This document shows, one piece after another, positions 8,840 to 18,800 of a stretch of DNA of 64,000 nucleotides. Source of the DNA: a bacterium (lineage in GTDB: Bacteria; Sumerlaeota; Sumerlaeia; MVZB01); the NCBI GenBank assembly GCA_021372575.1, contig JAJFUE010000059.1, positions 16,359 through 80,358 of the forward strand, read 5' to 3'. A program made the translations under genes and the position numbers. The notes under the pieces are model-generated. The model saw nothing but the letters and a program-made list of their open reading frames with translations. It did no database searches and was not told where the DNA came from. Position 1 is the first letter of the stretch. The number at the start of each line of letters is the position of its first letter.

Positions 8840-11560
8840 CTACTTGGTCAACAGATCCTTAAAATCTGTCATCGCCTTGGTCTTCATATCGCAATCGGGC
8901 ATGGACGTAATTTTATTCAGGTACACCCGCGCCTTGGTCTCGTCCTTCTGCGACATTCTGAGCCATAAAGCCCAGTAGGCGGCTAGTGCCGCGCGTTCCT
9001 TAACTAGTTGCGGATTCTTGTCATACTCTAAAAGAACCTTGTCGAAGGATGCCACTGCGCCCTCCAGATCCTGTGGTTGTTGCTGCCCCAGAGCAACTCC
9101 GATCCAATTGAGCATTTCAGCCCGCGTCGAGCTGTCATCGGTGTTGGTTTTCTCAAGAGTCGCTGTCGCCAGGTTTTTTACTGCCGCCCAGTCTTGCAGG
9201 AAATAATAGGCATCCATGCGTCTGGAGACCTTGAGACTTTCGTCCTTGGCCGCTTCCTGGAGATACTTGCGGCCAGTCTCGCGTAGCTTTACAATCTCGT
9301 CTTTCGCCACACCACTTCCGCTAAACTTGGTGGCCGACTTCAGCATTGAAATACCCACGGAAACCTTTGTGGCTGAATTTCCAAGTTCATTCTCATGAAG
9401 TCGTAATTGCTCAAAGGCGGCCAATGCACCTGCTTGATCTCCATTTTGGCGCATCGATCGGTTATAACTGAGCATGCGCATGATATGCACATAGGTAGCG
9501 CTGTTGAAATCCGACCGTTCCGCCAAGTATCTATTCGCCTCGAGTTCCATTTGATCATTTTGCTTGAGCCAGTTATACGCCATCATCCGGCGCACGACGT
9601 TCGATGGATAAATTCGATCCTTGCTCGGCAGATCGACATACATCTGCAAATATTTGCGACCGCTCAACCGCAAGTCGGCTCTCGTATTTACATCAATACC
9701 GGGCCTGTCCGATTCCGCCATTGCAGCCGCACCCGCGCGGTAACAGCACCATTCATAGACATCGCTGTCGTTGCTCGCGTGGGCCATGGCATCGATGAAC
9801 ATCGTTCGCGAATTCGATGTCTGCTTCATATCCCAAAGAGCGTCGGCCTGAGCCCGGCGGAAATCGGCATACATCGGATGGTTTGGATTATCAGAGAGTG
9901 CCTGGTCAACGAAGGAAACCAGTTCTTTTGTTGCCCGTCTTTTTGCATGCGTGCCGATCAAAAGCCGCTGAACAAGCCGGCGCGAATCACTGTCATTGGC
10001 GTGAACGGCCAAGTATTCCTTCGCCAGACGCGTCGCATCCGCATAATTGTCGGCATAGTAGGCATTTTTGATCTCGCGCACGGCCAAAAGATCTTCGGAT
10101 TTAATAGCTGCGCCAAAGACGTTCTGAAAGTCAGAATACTCGCCCAATATTGATTTCAGCGCGACGATCGTGTTGTAATTAACCACATTATCATCACTTA
10201 AATACTGGGCAGCCTCGCGCTCCATGTCCTCAAATCGCTTAAGTCGTTTGAGCGCCGTAATACGCCTGAGCACGTTGTCGGGATGGTTCTTGTCTGCCCC
10301 CGGATGCTCTACGAACTTACTTAAGTATTGCAGGCTTTGCGAGGTCAGTTCGTTGGACTTTTGCGCGTCAGTTTTTGCAGTGCTTTTGGCCTGGGCCAGC
10401 AGGATTTCGCTGATGCGGTAAGCGCTCGTCTCATAGATTTCGCTGTCGGACGGGCTGTGCTCCATCGCATCGGCATACTTTAGACGGGCCGCTTCGTCCT
10501 GTTTGAAAATTCGCGCAAGCGTATCGGCTTGCGCCCGGCGCAGCTCGGCGTATAAGGGGTGCTTCGGGTTGGCAACGAGTGTTTGTTCAATAAAATCAAC
10601 TTTTTCTTGATTTTGACCGTTTCTACCCAAGGAATCGACAAGCAGTCTTTGTGCCTGTAATCCACATGATGTGAATTTGTCATACTTAGCGAGATAATCC
10701 TTTGCGATGAGCGTGGCCGACGTGAAGTTGCTTGCGTGATGCGCCATGAGAGCTTTGCGTATGACCAGCTTTTCTGATATGGAAGCCGAGGTAGGATTGT
10801 CGAAATACGCAGCGATTTTCTCATTCGCCAATTCGTATTGACCAACGATCATCGTGCACTCGGTCACCGCGTCATAGAGCGCCGCCAAATCCATTGGTGA
10901 ACTCTTTTGTTCCAGTAAGGCGCCATATTGAGTCGCCGCATTCTTGTAATCCTTCAATTGATAACTTTGGCGAGCTGCTTCGAGTACTGCTGTTGGTGAC
11001 CCCAAGCTGACTGTTGTGTCACCGGCATATCTTTGCACTTCGGGATAATATGGATTCTGAACGGTGTATTTAGTGATGAAATCTGCCGAGAGTTTCTCGG
11101 CCAAGGCTGAATCACCCCGGTCATGGGCGATGCGAACTTTGCGCGCGGCAAATTTCGCCTCTAATGAGTCCCCGGGCAGAATTTTGACGAAGTCATCGAT
11201 TTTCCGCTCGGCCAACTCATAATTGCCCGTGATCACGAGACACTCGGTATATGCATCATAGAGCAAACCCAATTTGGTCTTGGGCCAGTTGAACGTCAGA
11301 AGCGCTCCATACTCCGATGCCGCTGATTTGTAATCCTTGTCGTCGTAATATTGCCGCGCTGTATCCAAAGTCGCCGCCTTCGATGGTGCGGAAAAAATTA
11401 CAGACACGACCGCTACCACAATTGCAGCCGACCATTTCAAAAACCAATTCATAGCTGCACTCCCTTTCGAGCTATTTCGTAAGCAAAGCTTCTTTTTTTC
11501 GGCTTGCTGCTTGGGAGGGTACACTTCTACACTTAGCGTTGTGAGGCATCCAGACAACAC
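8840..11560 (-). CDS. Secreted TPR-like repeat protein (906 aa) with large internal duplication
   Basis: Signal peptide MNWFLKWSAAIVVAVVSVIFSAPSKA. Repeated ~34-aa helical hairpin pattern. Two long related blocks (..YKSAASEYGALL..YDAYTECLVITGNYELAERKI.. versus ..YKNAATQYGALL..YDAVTECTMIVGQYELANEKI..). Ends with TAG at 8840-8842. Confidence 0.55.
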   Translation of the reverse strand: MLSGCLTTLSVEVYPPKQQAEKKKLCLRNSSKGSAAMNWFLKWSAAIVVAVVSVIFSAPSKAATLDTARQYYDDKDYKSAASEYGALLTFNWPKTKLGLLYDAYTECLVITGNYELAERKIDDFVKILPGDSLEAKFAARKVRIAHDRGDSALAEKLSADFITKYTVQNPYYPEVQRYAGDTTVSLGSPTAVLEAARQSYQLKDYKNAATQYGALLEQKSSPMDLAALYDAVTECTMIVGQYELANEKIAAYFDNPTSASISEKLVIRKALMAHHASNFTSATLIAKDYLAKYDKFTSCGLQAQRLLVDSLGRNGQNQEKVDFIEQTLVANPKHPLYAELRRAQADTLARIFKQDEAARLKYADAMEHSPSDSEIYETSAYRISEILLAQAKSTAKTDAQKSNELTSQSLQYLSKFVEHPGADKNHPDNVLRRITALKRLKRFEDMEREAAQYLSDDNVVNYNTIVALKSILGEYSDFQNVFGAAIKSEDLLAVREIKNAYYADNYADATRLAKEYLAVHANDSDSRRLVQRLLIGTHAKRRATKELVSFVDQALSDNPNHPMYADFRRAQADALWDMKQTSNSRTMFIDAMAHASNDSDVYEWCCYRAGAAAMAESDRPGIDVNTRADLRLSGRKYLQMYVDLPSKDRIYPSNVVRRMMAYNWLKQNDQMELEANRYLAERSDFNSATYVHIMRMLSYNRSMRQNGDQAGALAAFEQLRLHENELGNSATKVSVGISMLKSATKFSGSGVAKDEIVKLRETGRKYLQEAAKDESLKVSRRMDAYYFLQDWAAVKNLATATLEKTNTDDSSTRAEMLNWIGVALGQQQPQDLEGAVASFDKVLLEYDKNPQLVKERAALAAYWALWLRMSQKDETKARVYLNKITSMPDCDMKTKAMTDFKDLLTK

Positions 11561-12250
11561 TTATACTGCTTTGCATTTCTCCCGGTATTGACAGTAAGAC
11601 CTGAAAAAAACCTCCGCTTATTTTTCGCTACTTCCTATATGCTCATGAAGCGTCTTACATGCTTCATATTTATTAGTCAAGATGAATTAATCGGGTTGTA
11701 AATAATACAGGATTCGGTGATGTCCACACAATGTGCGTTGAACGTACACATCCAGAACTGATGGCCATAGCAAAACGAAAAGCAAAGAGATGTTTATGCT
11801 TTAATGTGAACAGGTCAAGTTGGCAAAAAAAGAGGGACGCCGCCGGACCGCTCCCGCGGAGCTGCCGCCCCGACAGCACGGCACTGACGGCGCCCCCACT
11901 CGAGGGCGCTCTATGCTTGAGCGTTGTCAGCAATGATCTTTTTATTGGTCAGTGGCAGTTTGAGGAGAAAACGTCAATTTCATGAGCGCCGAACGGGATA
12001 TCGACTATGTTTGCAGCAACCCGAATTAAAAAAATCGAAACACATTTTCAGGCTGCTACCAGCCCAAATTGGACCTCGCACCTATGTGGTTTCAACTATT
12101 TGCTTTCGTTGCAATCCGATAGGATTAATCGTACTGACAAAGTATGATTTGCTCTTATTTCAATATGCGTGTTGATAGATGCTACCAGAAAATCGCTGTG
12201 CAAAAAGCAGTCATACTGCGATCATTAGTAATGACATCATCGAACCCATA

Positions 12251-12838
12251 TCATATCCGTTCAACAACACAATCCAGCCGTGAGTATGCGCGGCGGAACC
12301 AACCGGCGAGATATTTTTGACTTTGGGGCCGGCCCGTTACGATTGCTCGGTAAATGCGGGCTTGTTCGGCGGAGAGGAGGCAGAGGATGGCTGGCTGACC
12401 GAGTTGGTTGAGTCGTTCGCGAGTTTTGGGGCCGAATGAACCATCGACTTTGAGAAGCGGAGCATTTTTGAGACCGACGATGAACATGAAATCATTCAGC
12501 ATGCGCTGGACGATGTTGGCGGCGCCGGCTCGGCCGAGGTTTACGGCAGTGTCGAAGATCTTGATCGCGATCGCTTGGTTTTCGATTTCGTCGAGACCCA
12601 GTCGTTCCCAGTAGAGTTCTTTGTAAGCCCGCTTCTTGTCTTCCGTGCTCATTTTGCGGATATCGTCGGCGTCGATGTCGTAATCGCCGTCGATGTCGCC
12701 GCCGCCGGCGAGTCCAAGCTCAGTGAGATCGTCAACTGTGATGCCGTCGTTGGTAATGCCGCCCGGATCGTCGGGATCGTCATCGAGGCCGACCTCGAAC
12801 TGGTATGTGTAGTCGAATGCTTCGTCGAAACGCGTCAT
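12251..12838 (-). CDS. Endolysin: GH108-type N-terminal domain plus PG_binding_3 peptidoglycan-binding domain
   Basis: N-terminal QFEVGLDDDPDDPGGITNDGIT matches GH108 (E..DDPxDxGGxTxxGIT). C-terminal ..AVNLGRAGAANIVQRML..VDGSFGPKTRERLNQL..YRAIV..YLAGWFRRA typical PG_binding_3. Good RBS. Confidence 0.65.
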   Translation of the reverse strand: MTRFDEAFDYTYQFEVGLDDDPDDPGGITNDGITVDDLTELGLAGGGDIDGDYDIDADDIRKMSTEDKKRAYKELYWERLGLDEIENQAIAIKIFDTAVNLGRAGAANIVQRMLNDFMFIVGLKNAPLLKVDGSFGPKTRERLNQLGQPAILCLLSAEQARIYRAIVTGRPQSQKYLAGWFRRAYSRLDCVVERI

Positions 12839-12923
12839 CTCATCAAATCCTTTTTAGAAAATAGGTCACCATGCACGACCAGGGATGGCCGCGTCGGAAT
12901 GTGGTTCGACAGGATGCTTCGGG

Positions 12924-14096
12924 TTAATCGACGATGATCGAGTTGAGAGCCATGAGCGTGGCGGTGTCGGTATCGTCGTTTGCGAATGAGACGAGCTTGA
13001 TCCGTGCGATTTTGCCGTACGAGGCGGGGTCGCGCGGCTGGAAATTACCTTTGGTGCGCGCGGATGGATAATTCAGCCAGTCCGCGCCGGCAAGGTAGAC
13101 GTAAATTGCCTTTGCCTTACCGCGCTCGTCGGTGGCCTCGTAAGAGGTTGCCGTGTTCAGAAGCAGGTTCACGTAGCCTTGGCCGAGCCATTTCTTCATC
13201 GTGCTGTTCGGATTGGCTGCCTGGGTGTCGCACACCCACTGCACATAAGCCGTCGCGAGCTTGATGACGGTCGCATAATCGCCCTGACGAATGAGCAGGT
13301 TGCTTTTCAGGGAACTATCCCAAAGCTGCCGTTTCGTGAGGTTCATGTAGGCGGTAACAGCGGCGTCATACTGATTTGCGAGTTGATCGTGATAATCTGA
13401 CCATTTCGTGCTGTCGAGCAAAGTCCCGATCATGTTGGCTTTGAAATATTGCCAGCGCGACCGTGTCGTTGTATTGGCAATATCGTTGTAGTAAGGCCAA
13501 TAGGTCTGTAGCGCGTCGAGTGCGAGGGCTGGCGAGGTCGATGAATCGACGCACTTCTGCCTGAACGCCTCGGTGTTCGTGACGTCAACTGCCGGGATAC
13601 CGAGTCCCTGGACCACCACTGACCGCTGCGCCGCGCTCAGGGCTCGCATTTTGATTGCAATCGCTTCCTTCTGAGAGCCTCTGGCCGTGAGGATTTGATT
13701 TGCGAGCCGCTCGGCCGGTCGGAATGCCGGTGCAAGTTGCTCGAGCGCTGCAGCTGCGGATGTGGCCACGTCACGACGGCCGGTTTGCCTGGCTTTAATG
13801 AGTCTGATCAACAGGGCCGCGCGGGCGTAACCTGCTTTGTCGGGATGCTCCACCAGGAAGTTCTCAATTTTCTGAGCCGTTGCGTAATCGAACCGCTTGA
13901 AGATCACGTAACGTGTCGCGGTTTCCAGATCGTCGGCCGATGTTGTCGCAAGTAGCTGAATGACTCTTTGATTTTGGCCGTCAGGGACGGTGATCGAAGT
14001 GGTAACTCCGTCACTATCGAGTGTGCCGACTTCCGCCGCCAAAGCGGCGTGATGCAAAACGAGCAATGCAAAAACGAGAGAAACGAGCCGTTTCAT
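12924..14096 (-). CDS. Secreted hypothetical protein (390 aa) between tail fibres and endolysin
   Basis: Signal peptide MKRLVSLVFALLVLHHAALAAEV; GGAGG RBS; no recognised domain. Confidence 0.45.
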   Translation of the reverse strand: MKRLVSLVFALLVLHHAALAAEVGTLDSDGVTTSITVPDGQNQRVIQLLATTSADDLETATRYVIFKRFDYATAQKIENFLVEHPDKAGYARAALLIRLIKARQTGRRDVATSAAAALEQLAPAFRPAERLANQILTARGSQKEAIAIKMRALSAAQRSVVVQGLGIPAVDVTNTEAFRQKCVDSSTSPALALDALQTYWPYYNDIANTTTRSRWQYFKANMIGTLLDSTKWSDYHDQLANQYDAAVTAYMNLTKRQLWDSSLKSNLLIRQGDYATVIKLATAYVQWVCDTQAANPNSTMKKWLGQGYVNLLLNTATSYEATDERGKAKAIYVYLAGADWLNYPSARTKGNFQPRDPASYGKIARIKLVSFANDDTDTATLMALNSIIVD

Positions 14097-14123
14097 CGAG
14101 TGCCTCCGATGTATTTTAAATTG

Positions 14124-15218
14124 TTAGTTGTCGGATCGGCCGAGCTCGACCCAGCGCGAGCCAGTCCAAATGATTTCAAGCGTGTCGTTGGGCCCCATGA
14201 CCATTCCGCCACTAATGAGGCAAATGTGAGTCCCATCACTATAGACAGATGCGCTCATGGCAGAGCTGATATTGATGAGCGTGAGGCGCTGGCCTGTCTT
14301 TGTGCCGCTGGGCGAGGTGTCGATCGTGAAAGTGCAGGCAGGGTTGATGAGGTTCACATCGACGCTCGTGTCTAGGGCGGTTTGTGAATCGTTGATTTCG
14401 GCATACGTGATCGTGCTTCGCCACGCGGGATTGCCGCTCGCGTCGGTCATCCAGACTTTGCTCACTTGCCCGGCAGCTGAGGCTACAACGCCTGCAGATG
14501 AGGAAGAGTTCGCTTGGACGCTGCCGCCCGGCAATGTCCCCGTCACGCCACTGGCAAGGTCAACCTGATCCCATGCGGGGTTGTTGCTCGTCCCGGTGTT
14601 GGCCAAATAACGCTTTGCAGTAGTGTTCTTGGCAAGCTTGGCCCAATCCCCGACCCCGTTGCCGAAAACGAGATCGCCTTGTGCGGCCGTGAGCCCCCCA
14701 AGATCAGTTAGGTTCGTGCTCTTCGGCTGATATGTGGCGCTCAGGTCGGGAATATCCGAGGCCGCGATCGTCCCCCATGCCGGCGCGGACGAGGCGGTGC
14801 CCGTCCCGGTCTGAGTGAGAAATTGTTTTGTCGAAGTCGTATTCCCCGACAATTTCAACCAAGCGCTCGATCCGCCGTAGATGAGAACGCCGAGCCCACG
14901 GGAGATTCCCGCAATATCGGTCAGGTCCTGATCGCCCGGCTGGGCCGCGTTCCACTGCGCTGAATAGTCGGGAATCTCGGTGTAATGCCCTTGGCCATCG
15001 ACACTCACGAGACCATTGATCTGGTCCTCGTTGTTCACATGGATCTTCCACGCGCAGAAATCGTCCCACACAAATTCGTCCCGCAGCGAGCCGCCCTTGT
15101 TCGCCATGACGATCTTGCTGGCATGGATTTCAGGCCAATCGTAAACCGCCTGTGCCATGATCAAGATTGCACTGGTCAACATGGCGGCAAGCCAAAGCAG
15201 CCGTTTTTTCCCGTCCAT
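14124..15218 (-). CDS. Tail fibre protein with W-containing ~30 aa repeats (start at MDGKK, internal to track ORF 14124-15335)
   Basis: AAAGGAAA RBS before ATG at 15218. N-terminal TM/anchor LLWLAAMLTSAILIMA. Repeats such as WLKLSGNTTSTKQFLTQTGTG..PAW and WAKLAKNTTAKRYLANTGTSNNPAW. Confidence 0.5.
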   Translation of the reverse strand: MDGKKRLLWLAAMLTSAILIMAQAVYDWPEIHASKIVMANKGGSLRDEFVWDDFCAWKIHVNNEDQINGLVSVDGQGHYTEIPDYSAQWNAAQPGDQDLTDIAGISRGLGVLIYGGSSAWLKLSGNTTSTKQFLTQTGTGTASSAPAWGTIAASDIPDLSATYQPKSTNLTDLGGLTAAQGDLVFGNGVGDWAKLAKNTTAKRYLANTGTSNNPAWDQVDLASGVTGTLPGGSVQANSSSSAGVVASAAGQVSKVWMTDASGNPAWRSTITYAEINDSQTALDTSVDVNLINPACTFTIDTSPSGTKTGQRLTLINISSAMSASVYSDGTHICLISGGMVMGPNDTLEIIWTGSRWVELGRSDN

Positions 15219-15228
15219 GGGCTTTCCT

Positions 15229-15879
15229 TTAAAGGCTCTGGAACCAGAGCCGAAGTTTGATGCCGGTGTGATTTCCGGAAGCGTCGAGGATCCAGGCGAA
15301 CACGTATCCGCCTGAGCAATCGAGGGTTTGGCCAAGAATCGCGTTTTGGCCTTGCCCGGGCGCCAGGCTGAGCGTCACGTAAGCCCCCGCGACAGGGGAG
15401 CCGTCTGCGTTTGGTTGGGCCGAACTGATGCAAATGATGGTGGGCGAGGGGGCATAGAGATCGACCGAATCGACGCCTTCCACCTCGGCGGCGAACATGC
15501 GCGTCGCGATAAACACATGTGACACACGGATCGCACGGGCCTTGTTCGAGGCAGTGATCGTCTCGGCCGCGCCGGGGAACAGCATGTCGATCGCGACGGT
15601 GGTCTGGCCAAAATATGAAGGGATTCCGAGCGCCGTTCGGGCGGCTGCGGCCGTTGTTGCGCCCGTTCCGCCTTTGCTGATGGGAATGACCGGAAGCTGC
15701 GCTTGGGGAACTTTCCCATCGACGCCCAGACTCGCGGGACCGCCCGGTTGGGCCAGCATCTGGATCACGGCCAGAAGCTCGACAAGGGCTTCCTGAAGGT
15801 CGGCGCGGGCCTGAGCCGGGTGGTCGGTCCCCTGGTCGAGATTCGTGGTTACAAAGTTGCCGGTGGGCCATGTAGTCAA
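15229..15879 (-). CDS. Tail fibre / collar protein with conserved fibre N-terminal motif
   Basis: Motif LPVIPISKGGTGATTAAAARTALGI (the GGTGATTAxxAR.NLG signature common in phage tail fibre N-termini). Confidence 0.55.
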   Translation of the reverse strand: MTTWPTGNFVTTNLDQGTDHPAQARADLQEALVELLAVIQMLAQPGGPASLGVDGKVPQAQLPVIPISKGGTGATTAAAARTALGIPSYFGQTTVAIDMLFPGAAETITASNKARAIRVSHVFIATRMFAAEVEGVDSVDLYAPSPTIICISSAQPNADGSPVAGAYVTLSLAPGQGQNAILGQTLDCSGGYVFAWILDASGNHTGIKLRLWFQSL

Positions 15880-15894
15880 ATGAATTTCTCCAAA

Positions 15895-18800
15895 TCAGAC
15901 CGTCTCGAAATAGATGAGCATTTCGCGCAAGATGCAGATTTGTTCACCGCTCGCCGGGGAGGCCGTAATCTTTGCCTGCCACAGGCAAGCACTGTTTTCT
16001 CCAATGTTGTCCTCGCCGCTGGGCGGCAGGGTGTACCACTCACCCCATGTGGCTCCGTTGTCAAACGAGCGGCGCGCCTGGATTGTGAGCAGCCCATCGC
16101 CGGCCGCTTGGATGGTGGCTTTGAGCGGAGTGATGAAATTTGCTTCGGCGAGAGTGATTGGAATCGTCGTGTAGGTCAGCGGCAGATGTGTCGTGTGCCA
16201 AGCGAGCCACGTATCCCATGTGGTATCACCCAGATTATCCCAAGTTGAAGTATCGATTGACTCGAGTTCGCCGACCTTGTCCACGCCGAGTGTGGCATTC
16301 ACGAAACAGTTGTCCCGAGTGCCGTTCCAGCCATTTGCCCGTTCGTCCTGGATGTAACAGCAATTGCCGGCATTGCTCGTAAACTGGGCCGTGATGATCT
16401 TGGCATTGACACTTTCGTTTCCGGCGCGGTCCATAGCCTTGATCCCGAAGGTATAAAGGCCGGCCTCGAACGGCCGTTCGGTCTCATACTGTGTTCCGGA
16501 AAGCAAACCGCTGTGGAGCGGATCGAGGTCGCTCCAGCCCCATGCCGCGTCTGATCCGGCACGATAACGGATCGAAACACCGGCGTAATCAGGCGGTAGG
16601 GTGTCGGCAAACACCCATGAATACCTGCGCCGGCCGCCCCATTGCTGGATTGCCCAGAACTGTTCCACATCGGGTGGAGGCGTCTGATCCCCCACGACAA
16701 CAACCGTTCTTTGGACCCAATCCGAGGCACGGCCCAAGCGCGTGACGCCGCGGACGCGAACGTCGTAGCTTCGCGTCTGCACGCCTCCGATCACGGCGCA
16801 CGGCCCGACGTTTGCCCACAGAACCTGTTGATACGGCGACTGCGACCCGGACGGCCGGATCGCGACCTGCATATAGTCGGCGCGCTCGAAATAAAGGCCG
16901 GACTCCCAGGAGAGGGCCAGAATGATTTGCGGGGTGTATGAACCATCGGCACCGATGAGCATCGCACGTTGATCGGTAATTACGTCTTGAATGATCGGCT
17001 TCTGGACGGGTTTTGTAACCTCCGGGTCCCACGTGATAAACGGATCGTAGGTTGGGATGTCGCCGTTTTCGGCATCGTAGATATCGGGCGCCGCAGGAAC
17101 GAGAAGCAATCGCGCCGTGAAATTGTCACCGGGAACGATCTCGCTCACGATGCACTCGATCGTCTCGCGCGTGGACTCGCCAAACATCCACAGGTCTCCT
17201 TCAGCGATCTCGCTAAAAAGCCCGGAAAGCACCAATTCGTGCGTTTCGCCCTGCTCGATATGCGTATTGGTTGCCGGCTGGAGAATAGACACCCCAGACG
17301 CCGTGCGGATGCGAATCGAGTAGTCCTTGCCCGTTTCGGTAATGACCGGCTCGTCGAGCGTGAGATACGTGCCCCCCAGATTAGTGTCGAGGCGGACCTG
17401 CTTGATCCTTCCTGTTCCGCCGCCGATTGAGGCAACATCATGGCTCAGGCGGACGAGGTCGCCGCGCTGGCAGACCAAGGATTCGACATCGACCATGATT
17501 GAAAACGCCTCGGGCCGAAGCCGCATCGCCGCAAGCGTGTAGCGCCCCCACTTCCAAGCCTCGGTCTTGTTCGTGATCCCCTTGGTCTCTAGGACCTGGT
17601 AGATCTGCGCGTTGGCTTCGCTGTAGCCGTCATCAAAAGCCGAGATTTCGCCTTGTTGGTTGTCATCGTCTTCATCGGCGTATCGCACGCGCATGGCGTG
17701 GGGGACTTCCTTAAAATCCTTCGTCCCTTGGAAATCCCAGGAATTTCGGGGTGTAAAATGCTGCACGGGAACGTCCTGGGCAATATCCTCCACGACCGAA
17801 TAAAGGCCGTCGCGCATGGTCGTTGATGCGCGGCCTACGGCGGCCACCGTGTTAAGGCTGTCCAGAACATTGCTCGCGAAATCGAAAACGAAATTGAACG
17901 ACCGGCCGGCAGTATTGCAGCGCTCATGCCAGGCTTCAAGGCGCGCAAGGTCGAGGCGGGTCGTGGCGATCGCGCGTTTGTTGTTGGCTCCCTGAATGAC
18001 GCCGCGCCAGCATGATGCAGGATTCGACGTGGGCCGCGGCTCCCAGTGGCCGGGAACAGGGTCGAGCGTCACGTATGAAGGGCCGTCGATAAGGCCGTCC
18101 GAGTTTTGGGCCATGATGTCATAGCCGTTGTCATCGTCGCTCGAACGGTCGCCACCCAAGTGGGGTTTTTCATCCCCGGAATTCCAAACCGAGCGCCTGA
18201 CCGTTCCACCGGACGAGACCACGTTGATGTTCTTGATCCACGCTTCGGTCTCGCCGCCACCGTTCAGTTCGCAGGCGATGAACCATTTCTCAATATCTTT
18301 GCCAACCAGCAACGATAGAGAAATCCGGCGCCGATACCATTTGTTGTCGGTGTATTGACTCAGATCGGTCCCTGGGTCAGCGTCTATGCCGTTCTGGTCA
18401 ACAGCGCCCATACCGCGCAATGTCTTGTCATCGTCCGTCTCGAGCTCGACGGCGATCTTGTTGTTCGTCGGCCCGGTCGTCGGCCAGTAAATGTCGTATT
18501 CGAGCACGTCGCCCGACTGGACCGTGTAATTGTCGATGTCCTTGATCCGGACGTAGTAGTAGCCGTCTTCGGCGGCGGGCTCCATCTGGAACGTGCAGTG
18601 CAGGGCGGCCGGATTGGGGCTTAGCGCCAGATGATTGCTGCCGGCGTAATCATAAGCAGTCGCACCGCTGACTTCATTCATGCGCCAGTAATTGATGAGG
18701 TTATCCTGGCGCGTGTCGATCGACGTGTCCTTGAGCGGCGTGAGGTCCGCCCCGTGCATGCCCTTGTCCCAAACCCTGAACTCGCGGAGCTGGCCTTTAA

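Noticed and set aside
8480-10153. Plus-strand ORFs (8480-8968, 9407-10153 and others) inside the minus-strand TPR gene; many similar antisense or alternate-frame ORFs of 100-380 aa inside phage genes, e.g. 15176-15871, 20002-20547, 22044-22826, 23345-24505, 25605-26207, 26903-27730, 31986-33128, 35454-36203, 58893-59792
   Set aside because: High-GC DNA yields long spurious ORFs. Their translations are Arg/Pro/Ala-rich with no domain signatures. They lack RBSs and overlap well-supported genes with recognisable motifs on the other strand or frame.
14124-15335. Full 403 aa ORF for the tail-fibre gene
   Set aside because: The first 39 codons overlap the upstream fibre gene without RBS. A strong AAAGGAAA RBS precedes the internal ATG at 15218, which also begins a membrane-anchor-like segment.
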